Shown: one piece after another, positions 37,717-46,483 of the stretch
Position numbering within the stretch: the first letter of the stretch is position 1
Layout: every line of letters starts with the position of its first letter
From: Rhabdothermincola salaria
Lineage (GTDB): Bacteria; Actinomycetota; Acidimicrobiia; Acidimicrobiales; Acidimicrobilacustridaceae
Reading direction: 5' to 3'
Assembly (NCBI RefSeq): GCF_021246445.1
Contig: NZ_JAJQXW010000001.1
Location: 1,692,168 to 1,756,167 of the forward strand
Length of the DNA stretch: 64,000 bases
Translations under genes and position numbers: made by a program
Notes under the pieces: generated by a model
Databases searched by the model: none
What the model was told of the DNA's origin: nothing
The model's input: the letters and a program-made list of their open reading frames with translations, nothing else

Positions 37717-38835
37717 TCAGGAGCCGAAGCCGTACAGGCGCTGGGAGTTGCCGGCGAGGACCAGCTGGCGATCAGCGGGGTCGATGCCGGCCATCGACGA
37801 CTGGATGACCCGCCAGGAGTTCGGCCAGTCGGCGCTGATGTGGGGGTAGTCGTTGGACCACAGCACCCGCTCGGCCCCCACGTAGTCGAGGTTGCGCAGG
37901 CCGAACGTGTCGGTCATGTAGCCGAAGTGGAAGTGTCGCGAGATGTACTCGCTGGGGGGCATCTCCAGTCCGAAGTCGCTGACCGGGTCGAGTCGGAAGT
38001 AGTTGTTGTCGATCTGCTCCTTGACGTAGGGCACCCAGCCGAAGTCGGTCTCGGCGAACATCACGTCGAGCTCGGGGAAGCGGTCGAAGACCCCGGCGAA
38101 GATCATCTCGATCATGCGGTTGGGGGCGTCGAAGAAGCGGCCGTAGCCGGGGAGCTTGGCCTTGTGGGCGGCCGGGAAGGACTGCGTCATGGTGACGTGG
38201 ATGCTCAACGGGAGGCGACGCTCGGCCAGCACCCCGAAGACCTTGTCGTCCTCGGGCTGGATCTGGAGCGTGCCGTGGGGCCAGCAGCCCATCATCACGC
38301 CGCGCATGCCGGGGCGGTCCATCACCCGGTCGATCTCGGCCAGGGCTTCCTCGACGCCCCGGTTGGGGATGATGGCCAGTCCGCCGAAGCGCTCGGGGGC
38401 GTAGCCGACGTACTCGCTGATCCAGTCGTTGTAGGCCCGGATCATGGCCAGGTGGTACTCGGCGTCGGTGTTGGCGACGATGGCGTTGGACAGCCGGGGA
38501 GTGGGGTACATGACCTCGGCGTCGACGCCGTCGCGGTCCATCTCCTCGAGGCGGGCTGCGGGGTCCCAGCCGCCGCGGCGGATGTCGTCGAAGCGGGCCC
38601 AGCCCTTCATCTCCTCGGGAGCCAGGCCGGCGCAGGCGTTCATGCCGAAGTTGATGGGGTCCTTCACGCCTTCGATGACCCAGGCGTCGCCCTCGTCGAA
38701 GTGCTCGATGCGAGGAGCCCGGTCCTTGAACGCGGCCGGCACCCGGTCGATCCAGAGGTCCGGCGGCTCGTTGACGTGGCTGTCGCCGGAGATGACCCTG
38801 TAGCGGCGTCCCTTGGTCTGATCGGTCGTACCCAT
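37717..38835 (-). CDS. Amidohydrolase-2 family protein
   Basis: ISGDSHVNEPP, EMDRDGVDAEVMYPT, AYNDW, WSNDYPH. Confidence 0.92.
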   Translation of the reverse strand: MGTTDQTKGRRYRVISGDSHVNEPPDLWIDRVPAAFKDRAPRIEHFDEGDAWVIEGVKDPINFGMNACAGLAPEEMKGWARFDDIRRGGWDPAARLEEMDRDGVDAEVMYPTPRLSNAIVANTDAEYHLAMIRAYNDWISEYVGYAPERFGGLAIIPNRGVEEALAEIDRVMDRPGMRGVMMGCWPHGTLQIQPEDDKVFGVLAERRLPLSIHVTMTQSFPAAHKAKLPGYGRFFDAPNRMIEMIFAGVFDRFPELDVMFAETDFGWVPYVKEQIDNNYFRLDPVSDFGLEMPPSEYISRHFHFGYMTDTFGLRNLDYVGAERVLWSNDYPHISADWPNSWRVIQSSMAGIDPADRQLVLAGNSQRLYGFGS

Positions 38836-38893
38836 GTGATTCCCCTCTGGTGGCCGGAGCGTGGCGGGACGCCCTGCGCCCCACCCCAAGTGT

Positions 38894-38905
38894 TCTAAGA
38901 TTATA
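38894..38905. promoter_or_regulatory. Overlapping divergent -10 elements
   Basis: TAAGAT on plus (38896-38901) and TATAAT on minus (38900-38905) in an AT-rich patch between divergent genes. Confidence 0.55.
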
Positions 38906-38967
38906 AGGAAAGAGCGGAGGCTGTCCACCGGGGAGCCGACCCCACGCCGATCCCACGAGGAGCCCCC

Positions 38968-40113
38968 ATGGACCGAGACGTGTTCGAACCCGAGCACGAG
39001 GAGCTGCGGCGCACGGTGCGGCGGTGGGTGCAGGACGAGGTCGCCCCCGAGCACCCCCGCTTCCGCACCGAGCACGTCATCGACCGGCAGGTCTGGCGGC
39101 GCGCCGGCGAGCTGGGGCTGCTCGGGCTGGCGGTGCCCGAGGCCTACGGCGGAGGGGGCATCGACGACTTCCGCTTCAACGCGGTCGTCAACGAGGAGCT
39201 GTGCCGCCAGGGGCTGGCGCTGGGCTCCGCGTTCCAGATCCACAGCGATGTCGTGGCCCCGTACCTGCTCGAGCTCACGACCGACGAACAACGCCAGCGC
39301 TGGCTCCCGGGGTTCTGCACCGGCGAGACGTTGTGCGCCATCGCCATGACCGAGCCCGGCGCGGGCAGCGACCTGGCCGCTCTGCGCACCAGCGCGCGAC
39401 GCGACGGCGACGACTGGGTGCTCGACGGCGCCAAGACGTTCATCACCAACGGCACCACCGCGGACCTCGTCGTGGTCGCCGCCCGCACCACGCCCGACTC
39501 GCGCAACCGGGGCATCAGCCTCTTCGTGGTCGAGAAGGGCATGGCCGGCTTCCAGCAGGACCGCCAGTTGGAGAAGATCGGGCAGCCCGAGGCCGACACC
39601 GCCGAGCTCTTCTTCGACGGCGTCCGGCTCCCGGCCGGGAACCTCCTCGGTGACGTCGACGGCGGCTGGGCCGCCATGATGCAGCGCCTCCCCCAGGAGC
39701 GCCTCTCCACCGCCATCTCCAACGTCGCCCACGCCGGACGCGCCGTCGAGCAGACCCTCGAGCACGTGCGGACCCGGGAGGCCTTCGGATCGCCGATCGG
39801 CTCGTTCCAGCACAACAAGTTCCTGCTGGCCGAGCTCGTCACCGAGCTCGAGGTCACGCAGGTCTACGTGGACCGCTGCCTGGCCCTGCACGTCGAAGGC
39901 CGTCTCGACGCCACCGGTGCGGCCAAGGCCAAGTACTGGAGCGCCGACGTGCAGAACCGGGTGATCGACGCCTGCGTCCAACTGCACGGAGGCTACGGCT
40001 ACATGGCCGAGTACGACGTGGCCCGAGCCTGGGCCGACGCGCGCGTCTCGCGCATCTGGGCCGGGTCCAACGAGATCATGAAGGAGCTGATCGGGCGATC
40101 GCTCGGGCTCTGA
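38968..40113 (+). CDS. Acyl-CoA dehydrogenase
   Basis: IAMTEPGAGSDL, GAKTFITNG, LPQERL, QLHGGYGYM.EY, IWAGSNEIMK. Confidence 0.95.
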   Translation: MDRDVFEPEHEELRRTVRRWVQDEVAPEHPRFRTEHVIDRQVWRRAGELGLLGLAVPEAYGGGGIDDFRFNAVVNEELCRQGLALGSAFQIHSDVVAPYLLELTTDEQRQRWLPGFCTGETLCAIAMTEPGAGSDLAALRTSARRDGDDWVLDGAKTFITNGTTADLVVVAARTTPDSRNRGISLFVVEKGMAGFQQDRQLEKIGQPEADTAELFFDGVRLPAGNLLGDVDGGWAAMMQRLPQERLSTAISNVAHAGRAVEQTLEHVRTREAFGSPIGSFQHNKFLLAELVTELEVTQVYVDRCLALHVEGRLDATGAAKAKYWSADVQNRVIDACVQLHGGYGYMAEYDVARAWADARVSRIWAGSNEIMKELIGRSLGL

Positions 40114-40151
40114 CGGGCGCTCGCGGCCGGGGTGGGGCCGCTCGCCCCGCG

Positions 40152-40919
40152 TCAGATCGACGTGGCCACCCCACCATCGACCTGCAACGTCTGGCCGAGG
40201 ACGTAGCTGGCATCCTCGGACGCCAACCAGGCGATGGCGGCCGCCAGCTCCTCCGGTTCCCCGATGCGGCCCACGATGGTCTGGGTGGCCGCGATCTGGT
40301 CGATCTCGTCGGGGGTGCGGTTGCGACGCATCAGTGGGGTGGCCACCGGACCCGGCGCCACGCAGTTGGCCCGGATGCCCTCGGGGCCGTGGTCGATGGC
40401 CAGCGAACGGGTGAGGGCGATCACCGCGGCCTTGGCCGCGATGTAGCCGGGGTTGGCCTTCATGCCCCGGATCGCAGCCCCCGACGACACGTTCACGATG
40501 GCCCCGCCTCCGGCGGCGCGCATGTGGGGGATGGCCGCCCGGCACATGGCGTAGACGCTCGTGAGGTTGAGGTCGACGAGGCGCTGCCAGGCCTCGGGGT
40601 CGAGCGCGTCGATGGTGACGCCGGGCCGGGAACCGCCCACCACGTTGACCAGCACGTCGAGCCCGCCCAGCTCGACGACGACGTCGTCGACGAGGCGCTG
40701 CGCCTCGTCGGCGGAGGTGGCGTCGAGGTGGCGCGGGTGCACCCGGGCGGCGACACCGGCGTCGCCGTCCCAGCGTCGGGCGAGGCCGTCATCGTCGATG
40801 TCGGCCGCCACCACCGTCAGCCCGTCCCGAGCCAGGCGCTCGACCACGGCCGCACCGATGCCGTCGGCGCCGGCGGTCACCAGCGCCACCCGACCCGGCG
40901 CCCCTCCCTGGTCGCTCAC
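40152..40919 (-). CDS. Short-chain dehydrogenase/reductase
   Basis: VTAGADGIG, IVNVSS, YIAAK, IRANCVAPG. Confidence 0.92.
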   Translation of the reverse strand: MSDQGGAPGRVALVTAGADGIGAAVVERLARDGLTVVAADIDDDGLARRWDGDAGVAARVHPRHLDATSADEAQRLVDDVVVELGGLDVLVNVVGGSRPGVTIDALDPEAWQRLVDLNLTSVYAMCRAAIPHMRAAGGGAIVNVSSGAAIRGMKANPGYIAAKAAVIALTRSLAIDHGPEGIRANCVAPGPVATPLMRRNRTPDEIDQIAATQTIVGRIGEPEELAAAIAWLASEDASYVLGQTLQVDGGVATSI

Positions 40920-41470
40920 CGGCTGGCGAAGAGCGGGTTGCGGGCGTTCTCGGAGAAGACGGTGAAGTGCGAGACCTTCCAGCGACCGTCGACCTTGCGG
41001 AACTCGAAGACGTAGGCGCCCTCGTGCTGGCCGCGCACGAAGTCGGGCACCTCGCCCTTGGAGGCCACCATCGAGTAGGCGGCGACTGCCCAGGCCGTGG
41101 TGCCGTCGTCGGCCAGCCGGACCATGTCGCCCACGATCAGGTGGCGCAGCTCGTAGGTGTTGAGCTCGGCCGCCGGCGGGGCCTCGCCTCCCTCGCGGGG
41201 GAGCACGGGGGCCTCGTAGACCTCCTTGAGGGCCTCCTTGCCCTGGATCCGCTCGGCGAGAGTGCCTCCGAGCACCCGCTCGATGTCGTCGGTGTAGTGC
41301 TCGAGCAGCTCGTCCCAGCGCCGGGCGTCGCACAGGTAGCCGTAGGCCATGATGACCTCGCGGATGGCCGTCTTGTCCTCGAGCGCGGTCAGGCGCTCCT
41401 CGACGGTCGAGCGTCGTCGCTCGGGCCGCCGGAACACGTCGAGCACCTGGTCCAGCTCCTGATCCTGCAT
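40916..41470 (-). CDS. NTF2/SnoaL-like domain protein
   Basis: LEDKTAIREV..YGYLCDARRWD, GAY..EFRKVDGRWK. Confidence 0.85.
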   Translation of the reverse strand: MQDQELDQVLDVFRRPERRRSTVEERLTALEDKTAIREVIMAYGYLCDARRWDELLEHYTDDIERVLGGTLAERIQGKEALKEVYEAPVLPREGGEAPPAAELNTYELRHLIVGDMVRLADDGTTAWAVAAYSMVASKGEVPDFVRGQHEGAYVFEFRKVDGRWKVSHFTVFSENARNPLFASR

Positions 41471-41515
41471 GGTTCCCCCTGTCGGCCACGGTGGGCCGGT
41501 GTCGTGTCGCAGTTG

Positions 41516-42670
41516 CTATCGGTCGGCCGTGAGGATCATGGCCGATCCGTCCATCAGCGCCCCCGAGGTCACGACCGCCACCTCGTGGCGGGCGACCTGG
41601 CGCTCCCCCCCTCGCCCCTGCACCTGCAGCGCAGCCTCGGCGACGGTGTTCATGCCGTGCAGGTAGCCCTCGGAGAGCAACCCGCCGTGGGTGTTCACGG
41701 GGAACACCCCGCCGGGACCGGTGGCCCCGGAGCGGAACAGCTCCCCCGACTGGCCCCGCTCGGCCAGGCCCAGGCCCTCGATGCCCATCAGCACGGTGGT
41801 GGTGAAGCAGTCGTAGATCTCGGCGAACTGCACGTCGGCGGCGCTCACCCCGGCCCGCCCGTACAGGTCGTCGGCCAGGTACGACGTGTAGTTGCGGGTG
41901 TAGTCGTCCCACAGCAGGTGGTCACCGATGTCGAGCCCCGGTCGGGGGCCACCCCGGTAGGTGCCCGACGCCACCACCGCCGGTGGGTGGGCCAGGTCGC
42001 GCGCCACGTCGAGAGCGGACACCACCACCGCACAGGCGCCGTCGACCTCGACGGTGCAGTCCGGGCCGCGGTAGGGCTCGGCCACGAAGGGCGCCGCCAG
42101 GTACTCGTCGACCGTCAACGGGTGGCGCCGGTAGGCGCGGTCGTTGCGCTCGGCCCACTGGCGCTGTGACACCGCCACCGCCGCGGTGTCGAGCTCGCCC
42201 TGGCCGGTCTCGTGCAGGAAGCGCTGGCCGAACATGCCCACGTACATGAGGTAGGCGTCGTAGCCGATCGGGTAGCGGTGCTGGGCCCCCATCCCGTGGA
42301 ACTGCATGGTGCCCACCCGGTTGCCGGAGCGGCCGTTGAGGGCCCGGAACACCACGACGTGGTCGGCCTGGCCGGTGGCGATGGCGGCCGCGGCCTGGGT
42401 GACGAGGTGGCAGGGGGCCTGCCCGCCGAGGTCGATGTCGAGCGAGAACCGCAGCTGGGGCAGGGCGAGCGTGGTGGCCACCGCCTGGGTGGGCACCGAG
42501 TCGTGCATCACCGCGAAGCTGGCCACGCCGTCGACCTGGGTCGGCGCCAGGCCGGCGTCGTCGATGGCCCCCCGGCACGCCTCGGTGGCCAGGTCGAGCA
42601 CCGACCGCCCGGATCGCTTCTCGAGCGGCGTGTACCCCACGCCGGTGATCGCTGCCTGCCTCAGAGCCAC
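41516..42670 (-). CDS. Thiolase-fold lipid-transfer protein (Ltp2-like, probable aldolase)
   Basis: AITGVGYT, DC..EVDGACAVVV, EIYDCFT, NTHGGLLSEGYLHGMN. Confidence 0.88.
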   Translation of the reverse strand: MALRQAAITGVGYTPLEKRSGRSVLDLATEACRGAIDDAGLAPTQVDGVASFAVMHDSVPTQAVATTLALPQLRFSLDIDLGGQAPCHLVTQAAAAIATGQADHVVVFRALNGRSGNRVGTMQFHGMGAQHRYPIGYDAYLMYVGMFGQRFLHETGQGELDTAAVAVSQRQWAERNDRAYRRHPLTVDEYLAAPFVAEPYRGPDCTVEVDGACAVVVSALDVARDLAHPPAVVASGTYRGGPRPGLDIGDHLLWDDYTRNYTSYLADDLYGRAGVSAADVQFAEIYDCFTTTVLMGIEGLGLAERGQSGELFRSGATGPGGVFPVNTHGGLLSEGYLHGMNTVAEAALQVQGRGGERQVARHEVAVVTSGALMDGSAMILTADR

Positions 42671-42788
42671 ACGCCCCTCCCTTTCCTCGCAATCATAGAG
42701 AGAACAGCGGGGGCCCTGCTCGTTCTCGCTCCCCCATCACCCCGGGACCACCCGCTCCACCCCCGAGACCCCCAGGGACGGAGACCGC

Positions 42789-42836
42789 TTCTTGCATGGT
42801 TTCGGCGTGCTCCAGCACGCCGAAACCATGCAAGAA
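42789..42836. repeat. Perfect 23-bp inverted repeat (terminator or palindromic element)
   Basis: TTCTTGCATGGTTTCGGCGTGCT-cc-AGCACGCCGAAACCATGCAAGAA. Confidence 0.85.
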
Positions 42837-42882
42837 CCCTCGGGGTGGGGGTGCAGTAGGGGGCAGCGTGAGGGCGACGGGG

Positions 42883-43659
42883 TCAGCGGCCGTCGAGGAA
42901 CTCGGCGCGAACGGTGCGTTGGGTCTCCACGGCTCGTTCCCAACCGGGGTCGGGCTCGGAGAAGTGGGAGCGGGCCAGCTGCTCGGCGCCCCGCACGTCG
43001 CCCTTCTCGATCTTGACGTAGAGCCGCTCGTGCTCCTTGGCGCTGTGGCGGCGCGCCGCCAGGTCCGAGTAGGCCCCGTGCTCCTCGCGCTGTCGGGCCA
43101 GGGCGTCGACGTGACCGGTCCACAACGACTCGAGGGCACCGACCACCAGCGACATGGCCTCGTTGCCGCACAGGTCGGCGATCTGGATGTGGAACGTGCG
43201 GGCCAGCCCGGCGTAGGCCGTCGGGTCGTCGATCGCCGCCTCGGCCGCGTCGAGGGTGGCCCGCAGGGCGGGCAGCACGGTGGTGGCCCGATCCGGTCGA
43301 GCCGCACAGGCGGCCGCACAGGCCGGCTCGAAGGCGATCACCGCGGAGAGCACGTCGCTGAGGGGGACCTGACGCGACTCGAGGACCATCCCCATCATGA
43401 ACACGACCTTGCCCCGCTGAGGGGCGTGGACCACGGCACCGCCCACGTTGCCGCGCTGCACCGTGATGAGCCCCTCGGTCTCGAGGATGCGCAGCGCTTC
43501 GCGGATGGGCGGGAGGCTGACCCCGAACTCCTCGAGCAACTCGTCCTGCTTGGGCAGGAGCGACCCGTCGGCCAGCTCCCCCGAGAGGATCCGCGACCGC
43601 AGGGTGCTGGCCACCATCTCGGCCAGGCGAGGTTGACGCAGTTGGTGGCGAGCGCTCAC
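42883..43659 (-). CDS. GntR/FadR family transcriptional regulator
   Basis: LP..DELLEEFGVS..PIREALRILETEGLI..QRG..GGA; FCD domain with FH; start 43659 or 43689. Confidence 0.92.
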   Translation of the reverse strand: MSARHQLRQPRLAEMVASTLRSRILSGELADGSLLPKQDELLEEFGVSLPPIREALRILETEGLITVQRGNVGGAVVHAPQRGKVVFMMGMVLESRQVPLSDVLSAVIAFEPACAAACAARPDRATTVLPALRATLDAAEAAIDDPTAYAGLARTFHIQIADLCGNEAMSLVVGALESLWTGHVDALARQREEHGAYSDLAARRHSAKEHERLYVKIEKGDVRGAEQLARSHFSEPDPGWERAVETQRTVRAEFLDGR

Positions 43660-43798
43660 CGGACCGTTCCCTCGTGCCACGTCACACACCTTCTCTCATC
43701 GTCCGCCTGCCCGAGCAAGGTACTGCTCGGTGCCGGGGCACCCGATCCGCTGGTGCGCTGATCGGCCGCCGGGCCCCGCTCTTCCATCTAAGATTGCC

Positions 43799-44710
43799 AT
43801 GATGGAACCCTCGGTGTTCGTCATCAGCATCACGCCCTTCGACGCCGAGGGCCGCCTCGACGAGACGGCCCTGCGGGCCCACCTCGACCGCATGGCCGAT
43901 GCCGGCGTCGGTGTCTACCTGGGCGGGGGCGGCAGCGGCGAGGGCTTCACCCTGACCCCGGAGGAGGCCCGCCGCGTCCTCGAGATCGGCGTGGACCAGA
44001 TCGGGGGACGGGTGCCGGTGCGGGCGATGGGCATCGAGCCCCGCACCGCGGAGCAGATGATCGACTACCTCGACGTCGCCGCCGGGGCCGGGGTGGACGC
44101 CGCCCAGATCTACTCGCTCGATCCCGGCCATGGCCACCGCCCGAGTCCCGAGGAGGTCGAGACCTACCTGCGCACCGTGCTCGAGGCCACCACGCTCCCC
44201 TGCGTGGTGTCGAGCCACCAGTCCGTGGGCTACAAGGTGCGCCCCCGGCTCCTGGGCGAGCTGGCCGACGAGCACGAGCACCTCGTCGGCGTGAACTGCA
44301 GCCACGGCGACGTCGGCGCCCTGGTGGCCCTGTGCGACACGGTCGGTGGCCGGCTCAGCATCCATGTCGGTGGGCCCATGCAGGGACTCACCGCGCTGTC
44401 GCTCGGCGCCCAGGGCTACCTGAGCTCCGAGGCCAACCTGGCGCCACGGCTGTGCGCCACGGTCATCGACGCCCACCGGCGCGGCGACCTGGCCGCCGCC
44501 TTCGATGCCTTCGGCCAGGTGGTTCGCCTGTCGGGGCTGCTGTACGGCCACGGCGGCATCCGGGCCACCAAGGCGGTGCTCGATCGGTTGGGCCTCCCGG
44601 GCGGCACGGTGCGCCTGCCCCAGCTCACCGTGTCCGACGAGGTGGTCGACGCCATCGTCGAGCACCTCGACGCGGCCGGCATCCCGGCGATCGAGGGCTG
44701 GGTGGGCTGA
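43799..44710 (+). CDS. Dihydrodipicolinate synthase (DapA)-fold protein with atypical active site
   Basis: ITPFD..G.LD, GSGEG.TL..EE, GAQGYLS..AN, K..L..LG...G.VRLP; the catalytic Lys position reads VGVNCS. Confidence 0.85.
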   Translation: MMEPSVFVISITPFDAEGRLDETALRAHLDRMADAGVGVYLGGGGSGEGFTLTPEEARRVLEIGVDQIGGRVPVRAMGIEPRTAEQMIDYLDVAAGAGVDAAQIYSLDPGHGHRPSPEEVETYLRTVLEATTLPCVVSSHQSVGYKVRPRLLGELADEHEHLVGVNCSHGDVGALVALCDTVGGRLSIHVGGPMQGLTALSLGAQGYLSSEANLAPRLCATVIDAHRRGDLAAAFDAFGQVVRLSGLLYGHGGIRATKAVLDRLGLPGGTVRLPQLTVSDEVVDAIVEHLDAAGIPAIEGWVG

Positions 44711-44738
44711 CCTGCCGCCGAGGTCCACGCTCAGGGCC

Positions 44739-45119
44739 TCACGGGTCGGCCAGAGCCGTGCGGGCCAGGGCCTCCACCACCCGGGCGTACTGCTGGCCAC
44801 CGGTGATGTCGGTGTCGGGCAGGTCGCCGCTCACCACGCGACGGGGGAAGCTCACCTTGATGGCGCTGATGGCCTCGACCGGATGCACCTCGACGACCGA
44901 CGGGTCCTGGTCGTAGGCCGCCGCCCAGAAGGCGACGTCGAGCAGGCCGGCGTCGACCGCTCGGGCGTAGGCCTCGGCGTCGTGGCAGAACAGGTCGGTC
45001 GTCAACATGAACGGGCCGGCGTCCTTGCTGCGGATGAGGCGGAAGTGGCGCGTCAGGTTGGGGGCGCGCGCCACGATGTCGTCCCACCCGAGCTCGGCCC
45101 GGTGCGGCGCGCCGCTCAC
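44739..45119 (-). CDS. DUF4387 family protein
   Basis: IRSKDAGPF.LT.D, AIKVSFPR, GD..DTDI.GGQQY. Confidence 0.85.
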   Translation of the reverse strand: MSGAPHRAELGWDDIVARAPNLTRHFRLIRSKDAGPFMLTTDLFCHDAEAYARAVDAGLLDVAFWAAAYDQDPSVVEVHPVEAISAIKVSFPRRVVSGDLPDTDITGGQQYARVVEALARTALADP

Positions 45120-46483
45120 GCCGCCCCCACCCGGTGCGTCTCGAGTCGGAACAACCCGGTGATCTCGTCGTCGCCGAGCACGGCCGCGTGGTTGAGGGTG
45201 AAGCGGTACACGGGCCCACGGTCGACGACCGGCGCGCTGTAGGGGTGGGCGAAGGAGGTGACGGAGCCGCCGCTCCAGCCCTGGATGGGCCAGTGCAGGG
45301 CCACGTGGTACGCCGCTCGGGCCATGGCCGAGGCTGCGTCCTGCGTCTGGCCCACGACATCGACCACCAGCACCGCCTCGCGCGGCACCGCGCCGTGCTG
45401 GGCGGTGGTGGCCCCGGCACCGTAGGTGCGCACCGCCACCTCGAACGAACCCGCCCCCACCTCGCCGAGGCGGACCCGGAGACGGTCCTCGACCGACGCG
45501 CACCAGGCGTCGAGCTGGCCGAGCAGCAGCGGATCGCTGATGGAGCCCCAGAACGACGACAAGAAGCCGAGCGGTGCCGATCCCTCGAGCTTCACCGTGT
45601 ACTGCTCGCTCGGCGTCCAGCGACCGCCCGTGACCCTCACCCGACGATCGTCGAGCGCCTCGTAGCGAGCCTCGCGGCTGTCGAGCACACCGGACGGCAT
45701 CACCAGGCGGTAGGGGTCCGAGACCTCGTAGAGGGTGTGGGCGGCCACACTGGCGGGCGTGCACACGAGGTCGGGGTCGGGAGCTTCGAGCACGAAGCCG
45801 TCGGCGTCAAGGGTGCACAGCAGCGAGTCCTGGCCGCGACGGTTGAGGGCGGCGGCGGCTCCGCACTCCATGATCTTGGCTGCGTTCCACACCAGCGCGG
45901 GGTCGTGGCCGGCGGCCAACGGGATGGCGGCGTAGAGGGCGGCGTCGGCGACCCGACCCATGAGCACGACGTCGGCCCCCGTGTCGAGGGCCCACTGCAC
46001 CTGTTCGGCGCCCGCCATGGCGACGATGTGGCCGTCGGCGGAGAAGGTGCCACGATCGATGGCCGGCGCGCCGGGGAGCTCGACCAGACGCCCGCCGTCG
46101 TACTTGGCGGCCAGCACCTCGCGATCGGGCTCACAGAAAACGCACGCCACCGTGGGCGACCAGCCCAGCTCGGCGGCCAGCCGGTCGACCATCTCGAGGT
46201 AGCCGGCCACGGCCCGGTCGCCGCCCCCGCCGCCGCAGGATCCCACGATCAGTGGCACCCCGGCCCGACGGGCGCCGGCCAGGCCGAGGCGGAGGTCGCG
46301 CTCGTAGGCCGAGTCGGCCCAGATCCAGGCGTCGCTGCCGAGGTAGTAGGGACCACCGTCGGTGGAACCCGAGTCGCAGGCGATGAAGGCGAGGCCGGCG
46401 TCGACCCCGCGCTCGAGCGAACGCTCCTCGAACCCGCAGCCGAGGCTGCCCGACAGGGCGAGGTAGCGCAGCGGGTCCGTCAC
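45116..46483 (-). CDS. AtuA-like (DUF1446-type) protein
   Basis: GSLGCGF, IACDSGSTDGGPYYLG, PLIVGSCG..G, GADVVLMGR..D, AKIMECGA, SVAAHTLYE, YTVKLEG. Confidence 0.85.
   Translation of the reverse strand: MTDPLRYLALSGSLGCGFEERSLERGVDAGLAFIACDSGSTDGGPYYLGSDAWIWADSAYERDLRLGLAGARRAGVPLIVGSCGGGGGDRAVAGYLEMVDRLAAELGWSPTVACVFCEPDREVLAAKYDGGRLVELPGAPAIDRGTFSADGHIVAMAGAEQVQWALDTGADVVLMGRVADAALYAAIPLAAGHDPALVWNAAKIMECGAAAALNRRGQDSLLCTLDADGFVLEAPDPDLVCTPASVAAHTLYEVSDPYRLVMPSGVLDSREARYEALDDRRVRVTGGRWTPSEQYTVKLEGSAPLGFLSSFWGSISDPLLLGQLDAWCASVEDRLRVRLGEVGAGSFEVAVRTYGAGATTAQHGAVPREAVLVVDVVGQTQDAASAMARAAYHVALHWPIQGWSGGSVTSFAHPYSAPVVDRGPVYRFTLNHAAVLGDDEITGLFRLETHRVGAA

Noticed and set aside
37717..40545. 942-aa fusion protein ending in the amidohydrolase
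   Set aside because: The upstream part is antisense to the acyl-CoA dehydrogenase. The real start is ATG 38835, with its own RBS and TATAAT.
43799..44710. Lysine-biosynthetic dapA
   Set aside because: The catalytic Lys and Tyr appear absent and the context is catabolic.
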